DNA of 64,000 bases from an uncultured Candidatus Saccharibacteria bacterium (GTDB lineage Bacteria > Patescibacteriota > Minisyncoccia > Phycocordibacterales > XYD1-FULL-46-19), in NCBI GenBank assembly GCA_964639285.1, contig CAZXCI010000001.1:142305-206304 (forward strand), read 5' to 3'. The notes beneath the pieces were generated by a model, which was given only the letters and a program-made list of their open reading frames with translations, made no database searches and was not told where the DNA came from. Shown here piece after piece: positions 57,205 through 64,000 of the stretch. Position numbers and translations under genes: made by a program. Numbering within the stretch: the stretch's first letter is position 1; each line of letters begins with the position of its first letter.

Positions 57205-58464
57205 TTAGGCTAATTTAAGCCCCAAAACTTGGTCGAATTTGCTGATGAGGTCGAGCTTTTGGGCGGGGGAGAGATCTTTGGCTGAGAGTACAGATTGAAG
57301 TGAGGCGAGGGCGGAGGCGGTGTTGAGAGAGGAGATTTTTGTGGTGAAGTTGGAGAGAAAAATTTCTTGAGCTTCCCGAGGAGAGACCTCGGCCTGCCCG
57401 CAATGCTTTGTAACGCAAGGCAGGCGGGGCTCACTAGAGGACTCACCTCCGGAAGCTTGGGCTTCGTCGGCAATTTGGGCAATTTTCTTCTTCAAATTAT
57501 CATAACCCTTCTGGGCGGCTTCGAGGGACTCCCAAGTAAAATTAACTTTTTGTTTGTAATTTGTCTGGAGGAGAAGGTAACGGTAGGCGAGGGGATTGTA
57601 GCCCTTTTTCTCTAAATCTTCTAAGGTAAAAATATTGCCTAAAGATTTGCTCATCTTTTTGTTGTCGACAAGGATGTGCTCGGAGTGGAGCCAAGTCTCG
57701 ACAAATTTGTGACCAGTGAGCGCCTCACTCTGAGCAATCTCGTTGGTATGGTGGGGGAAAATTAAATCGACACCACCGGTATGGATATCGGTCACCTCGC
57801 CTTTGAAGGCGATCTCGTTGATCGCCGAGCACTCAATATGCCAACCGGGCCGGCCTTCGCCTAAGACGGGATGGGGCCAGAAGATGTTGGCGTCACCTAC
57901 TTCGTGCGCCTTCCAAAGAGCAAAATCGCTCAAATTATCTTTCTCATACTCGTCTACCTTAACCCGCGCCCCAATCTTCTTCCCCTCTAAGAATTTCTCC
58001 CCAACTAGTTCACCATAATGGCCAAAGTCTTGTTGGTATTTCTCGATGTTGAAGTAGGTGCTCCCGTCCTCAGCCTTATAAGCATAGCCTTTATCAATTA
58101 GTTTAACGATGAAGTTTTGAATTTGGGGAATAACGTCGCTAACCTTAAGAAGTTCTATCTCAGAAACAGAGACATTTAATTTTTCTAAATCTTGGAGAAA
58201 TATCTTAGTGTATCTCTCTGTATATTTTTTTAAATCCTCCGTCCCAGTTTCTTGGCCAAATTCTTCGATAGTGTTACGAATAGTTTTGTCGTCAATGTCG
58301 GTGATGTTCATTGCCCATTTAGGGCTTCGTCCTTCAAATTTTTTGGACCGAAAGACAAGATCGGCGAAAACGTAAGATCGCAGATTGCCAATATGGGCCA
58401 TATTATAAACGGTTGGCCCGCAGGTGTATAAGTTGAGAGCAGATTTTTGGGGGTTTAGATCCAT
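57205..58464 (-). CDS. cysS: cysteine--tRNA ligase with an in-frame palindromic insertion
   Basis: CGPTVY, HIGN, PGWHIEC, FPHHTNE, KMSKS. Confidence 0.96.
   Translation of the reverse strand: MDLNPQKSALNLYTCGPTVYNMAHIGNLRSYVFADLVFRSKKFEGRSPKWAMNITDIDDKTIRNTIEEFGQETGTEDLKKYTERYTKIFLQDLEKLNVSVSEIELLKVSDVIPQIQNFIVKLIDKGYAYKAEDGSTYFNIEKYQQDFGHYGELVGEKFLEGKKIGARVKVDEYEKDNLSDFALWKAHEVGDANIFWPHPVLGEGRPGWHIECSAINEIAFKGEVTDIHTGGVDLIFPHHTNEIAQSEALTGHKFVETWLHSEHILVDNKKMSKSLGNIFTLEDLEKKGYNPLAYRYLLLQTNYKQKVNFTWESLEAAQKGYDNLKKKIAQIADEAQASGGESSSEPRLPCVTKHCGQAEVSPREAQEIFLSNFTTKISSLNTASALASLQSVLSAKDLSPAQKLDLISKFDQVLGLKLA
57368..57460. mobile_element. nested palindromic elements inside cysS
   Basis: AAGTGAGCCC-family hairpin interrupted by a 36-bp CCTGCCCG...GCAGGCGGG element (57393-57428). 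Confidence 0.8.
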
Positions 58465-59402
58465 TTTTTCGCTTTAGCAATGACCGTCATCACGATACCA
58501 GTAATGGCCATTAAAGCTACCGCGATATAGAAGCCGTCGGGGGATTTAATAATCGGCATGTTGACATCGGATCCACTCATGCCGAAGATTGTGCCGATTA
58601 GGGCTACTGGCAAGAAGATGGCCGTGACGGTTGTTAAGGCCATCATGGTGTTATTAGTCTTGATAGAGAGGAGAGATTCATTGGTTGAACGAAGTTCGGA
58701 GAAGTTCTCTCTATTACTATCGACGATATTAGAAATCTTCTCGTACTCCCCAGTAATTGATTGGAGATAATAATTAAATTTTTCTCCATAGAATTCTTTG
58801 GCCGAAACAGACAGAGACTCGAGGATCTCTCGATGAAATTTGAGAGACCACTTGAAGTCGAGAAGACAGCGATTAAGACCAGAAAGGGATTTGATCATCT
58901 CAGCTTCTTGGCCGGAAAAAATTTTCTGCTCTGCTCGTTTGAGGCTAGTGTTTATACTATTTAAACCAGTTTCTAGTGATTGATAGAGTTGACGCAGGAT
59001 GTAATAGAAGAGGTGTCCGGCGTGGATATTCTTATCCTTTCTGTTATTGATAAGGCTGGAGCTAGCCTCAAGGATATTTGCAAATTCTTCTAATGGAGGA
59101 ATGTTCTCATAATGGGCGGTGATAAGAAAATCTTTGCCCAGAATAAAATCTACCTCATAGGTGTCGTCGTTGTGCAAATCTTCACCATAATGAGGCTGGC
59201 AGACTTTATCAATAGGGAAGTGGAGGATCAGGTAAATATAATCATCATAGACATCAACCTTAGCCCGGACACTGGGGTTACGTAACTCTTCGCGGACAAG
59301 GGGGTGGATATTATTTTCCTCGCCAAGCTTCGTAACTTCTTCTTTGGTCGGGGCGATGAGGCTAATCCAGGTGATATTCTGATACTTTAATTGTTTGATC
59401 AT
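58455..59402 (-). CDS. corA: CorA-family Mg2+ transporter
   Basis: TWI.L..PT, IHPL, two C-terminal TMs; GMN signature reads FGMSGSDVNMP. Confidence 0.85.
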   Translation of the reverse strand: MIKQLKYQNITWISLIAPTKEEVTKLGEENNIHPLVREELRNPSVRAKVDVYDDYIYLILHFPIDKVCQPHYGEDLHNDDTYEVDFILGKDFLITAHYENIPPLEEFANILEASSSLINNRKDKNIHAGHLFYYILRQLYQSLETGLNSINTSLKRAEQKIFSGQEAEMIKSLSGLNRCLLDFKWSLKFHREILESLSVSAKEFYGEKFNYYLQSITGEYEKISNIVDSNRENFSELRSTNESLLSIKTNNTMMALTTVTAIFLPVALIGTIFGMSGSDVNMPIIKSPDGFYIAVALMAITGIVMTVIAKAKKWI

Positions 59403-59468
59403 TATTGGGTCAATTATAGCTTTTTCGCTGTTTGACCACAAGGGGATAGTTTGCGATAATAGAGGGTA

Positions 59469-60713
59469 ATGGTTAATCGCCCACCTGCCAAATTTGTTGT
59501 TTGGCTTATTATATTTGTTACTTTGGTCGTCACCTTTAATCTTGGCAGTTATTGGGGTGAATCCAAATCTCTTAGCCAGAGGATGGCGACAAATATCGTT
59601 GGGCAGGAAACGGGCGAACCAGAAGGAGTTGACTTTTCTCCTTTTTGGAAAGCTTGGAATCTAATCAACGAAAGATATATCGTTGATAATGGCAATAGTC
59701 GCAGTACGACAACTAAAGTTGTAACTAACCAAGATAAAGTTTGGGGGGCGGTCGGTGGTTTGGCTGATTCTCTTGGAGACCCTTACTCTGTTTTCTTGCC
59801 ACCAGAAAAGAAGAAACGTTTTGAAGAAGATATCCAAGGTAATTTTAGTGGCGTGGGAATGGAGGTGGGGATTAAAGATGAAACTCTCACGGTGATCTCT
59901 CCTTTGCCTAATTCACCAGCTCAAAGGGCTGGAGTTAAGGCTGGCGATAAGATTATTAAGATTGATGAGACAATTACGATGGGACTCTCAGCTGACGAAG
60001 GAGTTAATCTCATTCGGGGGGATCAAGGGACGACCGTTCGCTTGACTTTGGTTCGAGGGCAAGGAGAACAATTCGAAATTTCGATCGTTCGCGATGTGAT
60101 AAATATCCCAGTGATTGAGACAAAGAAATTAGAAGGCAATATTTTTGAAATTCGACTCTTCAGTTTCTCGGCAACTTCACCTAACCTGTTCCGTGATGCT
60201 TTGCGTCAATTTGTTGAATCGGGCTCAGACAAATTAATTATCGATTTGCGGGGTAACCCGGGTGGTTTCCTTGATGCGTCTGTTAGCATGGCGAGCTGGT
60301 TCTTGCCAGCGGGGAAGCCAGTGGTCATTGAGAAGCATGGCGGGAAGACTGAGGATAAAATTTATCGCAGCCAGGGTTATGATATCTTTTCTGACAATCT
60401 TAAGATGGTAATTCTGATTGATCGTGGAAGTGCCTCAGCCTCAGAGATTCTCGCTGGAGCTCTGTCTGAATATGGTAAAGCGATTTTAGTAGGGGAGAAG
60501 ACCTTCGGCAAGGGTTCGGTCCAAGAACTTATACCGGTGACGAGCGATAGCTCTCTCAAGCTGACAATTGCTAAGTGGTATACGCCGAAGGGCCATTCAA
60601 TCTCAAACAATGGCCTGGTTCCCGATATTCTTGTATCGGTAACTGAAGATGATATTAAAAATTTGCATGATCCTCAATTGGCCAAAGCTATTGAAATTTT
60701 GAAGAATAAATAA
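59469..60713 (+). CDS. ctpA: C-terminal processing peptidase (S41, PDZ)
   Basis: DPYS, DLRGNPGG, SASASEI, TFGKGSVQ. Confidence 0.95.
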   Translation: MVNRPPAKFVVWLIIFVTLVVTFNLGSYWGESKSLSQRMATNIVGQETGEPEGVDFSPFWKAWNLINERYIVDNGNSRSTTTKVVTNQDKVWGAVGGLADSLGDPYSVFLPPEKKKRFEEDIQGNFSGVGMEVGIKDETLTVISPLPNSPAQRAGVKAGDKIIKIDETITMGLSADEGVNLIRGDQGTTVRLTLVRGQGEQFEISIVRDVINIPVIETKKLEGNIFEIRLFSFSATSPNLFRDALRQFVESGSDKLIIDLRGNPGGFLDASVSMASWFLPAGKPVVIEKHGGKTEDKIYRSQGYDIFSDNLKMVILIDRGSASASEILAGALSEYGKAILVGEKTFGKGSVQELIPVTSDSSLKLTIAKWYTPKGHSISNNGLVPDILVSVTEDDIKNLHDPQLAKAIEILKNK

Positions 60714-60741
60714 ATTATTAAACTAATAAATTTCTAACAGA

Positions 60742-61182
60742 ATGAAAATAATCTTACTCCAAGATGTTGCCAAAGTGGGACGCAAAAATGAGATCAAAGA
60801 GGTTAATGATGGCTTTGCCCGCAATTTCTTGTTAGGGCAGGGGAGAGCGATCATGGCCACTCCGGCTAATGTCGCTCGGATTGAGGGTCTCAAGCAGGGT
60901 AAGGTGGCCGAACAGGGTAAGGTTGTCTCTTCGGCTCAACAACTATTCGAAACTTTGGGTGATAAGGCAGTAGAGATTAAAGCGAAGGCGAGTCCGGAGG
61001 GGCATCTCTTTGCCGCTCTGCATGCCAAAGATATAATTGCTGAAGTTAAAAAACAGTACGACCTAGATCTGGCTGAACATATTATCGACTTACCTAAACC
61101 GATCAAACAATTGGGTGAACACAAAATCGCCCTTCGATTGGGCGATCGCGACGTGCCTCTTAAGATTTCTCTAACGTCTTAG
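60742..61182 (+). CDS. rplI: 50S ribosomal protein bL9
   Basis: [23 protein letters not shown]. Confidence 0.97.
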   Translation: MKIILLQDVAKVGRKNEIKEVNDGFARNFLLGQGRAIMATPANVARIEGLKQGKVAEQGKVVSSAQQLFETLGDKAVEIKAKASPEGHLFAALHAKDIIAEVKKQYDLDLAEHIIDLPKPIKQLGEHKIALRLGDRDVPLKISLTS

Positions 61183-61466
61183 TGAGACTCAACAGGGTAA
61201 ACTTCTACTGTTGACTTAGTCAACACCGTACCGTCGAAGCCAAGCTTACGTTTGGTGCCGAATTTTACTATACCATCAATACGAGAAGAGATGGTGTGGT
61301 CTTTGCCGAGAAGGGTATTCTTGCCGGGCATGATCTTAGTGCCTCGTTGGCGAACGATAATACTCCCTGGCTTGGCCGTCTGGCCGTCAGCAAGCTTTGT
61401 CCCGAGATATTTTGGTTGGGAATCACGTAGGTTTTTTGCAGTACCCCCTGCTTTTCTATGTGCCAT
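61179..61466 (-). CDS. rpmA: 50S ribosomal protein bL27
   Basis: [20 protein letters not shown]. Confidence 0.97.
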   Translation of the reverse strand: MAHRKAGGTAKNLRDSQPKYLGTKLADGQTAKPGSIIVRQRGTKIMPGKNTLLGKDHTISSRIDGIVKFGTKRKLGFDGTVLTKSTVEVYPVESH

Positions 61467-61486
61467 ATTGGTATAATATTAACTGT

Positions 61487-61675
61487 ATGAGTATAAAGGA
61501 TTTAATTGAAAAAGGCAAGGTTTATCCGTCCTTGGTGCGGGTTTATGAGAAGGAATTATTTGTGGCCCTGCTTGTTGTCCTGGTGGCCCTTCTGGCTTTC
61601 GGTCTGGGACGCTTGTCGCGTCTTGAGGCAGACAAACAGCCTATCCAAATAGAAAATGCCGTCCCAGTAACTTAG
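61487..61675 (+). CDS. small single-TM protein
   Basis: ATG after TATAAT; ...LLAFGLGRLS...PIQIE; stop lies inside hairpin 61657-61684. Confidence 0.7.
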   Translation: MSIKDLIEKGKVYPSLVRVYEKELFVALLVVLVALLAFGLGRLSRLEADKQPIQIENAVPVT

Positions 61676-61702
61676 GGACGGCATAAAAGTGTTAAGAGCT
61701 TA

Positions 61703-61867
61703 TTAGTTGTTTTGCCTGGAGAGAACGGCTTTCAGAGTTTCCCCTCCGCAGGTCATCCATCCTCGGGGCTTATTTTCTTTTTTTTTCTTCCTGAGTTTTT
61801 CTTTGGCAATTTCAGCAAGGCTCTTTTGGGGGACGGGGGAGTCTTTCCTCTTCTTCTTTCTCGACAT
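61703..61867 (-). CDS. small highly basic protein
   Basis: Read manually: MSRKKKRKDSPVPQKSLAEIAKEKLRKKKKENKPRGWMTCGGETLKAVLSRQNN (54 aa); TTGACA/TATACT promoter upstream. Confidence 0.55.
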   Translation of the reverse strand: MSRKKKRKDSPVPQKSLAEIAKEKLRKKKKENKPRGWMTCGGETLKAVLSRQNN

Positions 61868-62011
61868 CTTTTTTTCTTCCTTTTTTTAGGAACAACACAT
61901 CCTGAACCATCCATAGTTCAGGGTCAAAATATCCAAAAATAAGTATATCGCAAAATAAGACGAATTGTCAAATTTGTAAAGGATATTTCGGGGGAGGGCT
62001 TTTGATCCCTC

Positions 62012-62020
62012 TGTGGATAA
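62012..62020 (-). promoter_or_regulatory. perfect DnaA box
   Basis: TGTGGATAA, intergenic. Confidence 0.45.
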
Positions 62021-62076
62021 CTATTAGGTATGTCGCACAACATAGATTTTGCGACATGGTGCTCCTAGGGAAACCC

Positions 62077-62118
62077 GCCGAGGTGAGTCCTCAAGTGAGC
62101 CCGAGGTCTCTCCCCGGC
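62077..62118. repeat. hairpin element with loop AAGTGAGCCC
   Basis: gccgaggtgagtcctc-aagtgagccc-gaggtctctccccggc; closest relative of the cysS insert. Confidence 0.75.
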
Positions 62119-62310
62119 ACTTCCCCACTACTGGCAAAAAAATTCTCTGAATTAATTTAATTAAAAATATTTCCCGCTCACTTCTCCGTCAACCCATCAC
62201 TAAATTTCTAACTAATAAATTACCAATTAATCCAAAAACTCGTCTAATGCCAGATGGCACTAAACGAGTTTTTGGATTTTTTTAGATTTGGTTTAGATAG
62301 GCCTAAATGA

Positions 62311-62763
62311 TTAGGCGGTCTCTTTGCCCCAACAGGGCTTGCTCCAGTTCCAGTGCCGATTACCCTCTTTTTTCATCAACCACATGGCATATTCGATATT
62401 GCCTTCAGTGGTGTGAATGTCGAGGCTTAAGGCCTGGCTTTGGCTCAAGTGCCATTTCTTGTTGATTTGGAAGACTCCAACATCAGCGGGATTCTGCTTC
62501 CCGTGGAGGACGTCGCCATCCTCATTGTATTGTCTAAGGTTGCTTTCGCAATTAGCAATACGGAGGGCGGTGTCGGTATGGATTCCATACTCAACACTTT
62601 TGTTGATAATCTGATCATAGACCTTGGCACTAACAGTGCTTTCTGGTCGTTTGACCGAATAAGTTTGAACCACTTGAGGTTTCTCAAACTGATCGGTGAT
62701 TATCGGGTTAAGAGCTAAGGCTGGTCCAGAAGTTGAACCGGCCGTAATAATGAGGCTTGCCAA
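62311..62763 (-). CDS. lytic transglycosylase/SLT-like secreted protein
   Basis: IANCES, DVGVFQIN, GNIEYA, W..S..CW; start uncertain. Confidence 0.85.
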   Translation of the reverse strand: MASLIITAGSTSGPALALNPIITDQFEKPQVVQTYSVKRPESTVSAKVYDQIINKSVEYGIHTDTALRIANCESNLRQYNEDGDVLHGKQNPADVGVFQINKKWHLSQSQALSLDIHTTEGNIEYAMWLMKKEGNRHWNWSKPCWGKETA

Positions 62764-63060
62764 GCCTATTTGTAGGGTTTGTAAAATAAGTCAATTTAAA
62801 AACTACCTATCGCTTTTGGGCCAACAACAGCCTAGCGGTAAATAGTCACATAAAGCACCTTTTTTTCTTAATTTCGACGGTGCTTGTCTGACGACAAGCG
62901 AATCCTACTAAACTTAAACTCTCGTGTACTTCTTACTCTTGACAATAGTAGGATCTATGTAGTCTAGCATAAGAGGGATAATAAGTCAAGCAAAAACTCC
63001 GCTAAAAGCGGAGTAGATTAATAAAAAACCTATATTTTGCAACGTATTTTTGATGAATAG

Positions 63061-63306
63061 CTATTTGTCAAAAAGGGAGCTTGCCTTGTCCCAAATGGGA
63101 CCAATCGCCCCAGAGAGGTATTGTTGGTATAAAGCGGAGAGCCAATCCCAAGCCTTGAGGATCATTTGCCAAACGTAGCTAAAATTGGCCCGGCCGGTCT
63201 CGGACTCGGCAATTTTTTGGATATTAATGCCCAAGTAACTAAGAATTATGATTACTGCGATAATTAAAATTATTAATTTTATGATACCAGCTTGATTTGT
63301 TTTCAT
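63061..63306 (-). CDS. small membrane protein with pilin-like N-terminus
   Basis: MKTNQAG-IIKLIILII..., LSYLG. Confidence 0.7.
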   Translation of the reverse strand: MKTNQAGIIKLIILIIAVIIILSYLGINIQKIAESETGRANFSYVWQMILKAWDWLSALYQQYLSGAIGPIWDKASSLFDK

Positions 63307-63352
63307 AAGTTTTATATTTATAAAGTTAATTATAACAAATAATCCGTAAGCA

Positions 63353-64000
63353 TCATAGATAATTGAGTGGATTAAGGTAGGCGTTGTAAGAAGCAATTGG
63401 TAAGGTGTAGGTACCACAGCCCGCTACCTTGCTCTTGAGGGAGCTAATCTTAACTCCGCCTGAAGCATAGAGGCCAAAGTGGAGGTGGGGGCCGGTCGAG
63501 TAGCCTGTATTTCCTGAGAGGGCGATTGTTTCCCCCCTCGTTACTCGTTGATTGGCATCGACCTTGATTACTGAGAGATGGGCATATAAGGTGGAGAGAC
63601 CATTGTCGTGTTTAATCAATATCCATTTGCCTAAGGAGGCACCTTGGCAAGTTTTGTCAGTGTCTCCTGCCCCAACAACGGTGCCGTTTTCAGCTGAGTA
63701 GACTTGGGTCCCAAGATTAGCTGCTAAATCTATACCATTGTGCCCTTTGCCACTATAGACAGATTGATGGCTCTGGGCAAAAGCTGTGTTGCCGAAGCCT
63801 TGGGTAATGGTATGTTTCAAGAGGGGCCAACCAATGGTACCTGTCCCAGTGCTTGGCAATTTGCTTGGATCAAGGGCGTATTTTAGTTCAGCTTCGGCCT
63901 TGGCAATCTCAGCTTCGACCTCTTGCCTCTTCTTTTTTCTGTCGGCCAGGAGTTCTTGGTAGGCTGACTCCTTACTCTTAGTTTTGGTCAGTAGAGTATC
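63353..64000 (-). CDS. M23 peptidase with coiled coil (C-terminal part; starts beyond right edge)
   Basis: HNGID, YAHL, TGPHLHF; frame stays open to the window edge. Confidence 0.92.
   Translation of the reverse strand, partial: DTLLTKTKSKESAYQELLADRKKKRQEVEAEIAKAEAELKYALDPSKLPSTGTGTIGWPLLKHTITQGFGNTAFAQSHQSVYSGKGHNGIDLAANLGTQVYSAENGTVVGAGDTDKTCQGASLGKWILIKHDNGLSTLYAHLSVIKVDANQRVTRGETIALSGNTGYSTGPHLHFGLYASGGVKISSLKSKVAGCGTYTLPIASYNAYLNPLNYL

Noticed and set aside
61707-61942. Two Phe-rich + strand ORFs
   Set aside because: Shadows of the Lys-rich minus-strand ORF, which has a promoter.
61943-62310. Replication origin
   Set aside because: Only one perfect DnaA box and no dnaA/dnaN nearby.
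62790-62960. c-di-AMP (ydaO) riboswitch
   Set aside because: Context fits but I could not find the consensus motifs by eye; left as an unknown structured leader.

Overview
64 kb of a bacterial chromosome that reads as Patescibacteria/CPR, Parcubacteria-like. That call is inferred from gene content: genetic code 11, short ProRS, helicase-degenerate PriA, two mreB copies, a reduced dcw cluster and mostly SD-less genes. From about 9.1 kb onward it is largely core genome: an ECF sigma/MacAB-type operon, gpmA/eno, cdaA, fmt/def, priA, mreBCD-pbp2, proS, lysS, cysS, mraZ-rsmH-ftsL-ftsI-murF, dnaB, recR and ribosomal proteins. The first ~8.9 kb, directly 3' of tRNA-Asn, is an array of mostly single, co-oriented accessory genes. 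They are separated by ~87-130 bp junctions built from two inward-facing, degenerate tRNA-3'-end-like half-sites, and the best-preserved junctions fold into attC-like hairpins with co-varying GTTCRRAC ends. This looks like an integron-like cassette array with no integrase in the window and is the best candidate for an undescribed system. Also notable: (i) several families of small palindromic elements, including constant cores with locus-specific stems and nested in-frame insertions in cysS, holB and eno; (ii) stand-alone promoter-hairpin-terminator units, one with a long anti-Shine-Dalgarno-like loop; (iii) an apparently circularly permuted papain-like secreted protein. All calls were made by eye from sequence and motifs; no database searches or folding programs were run.
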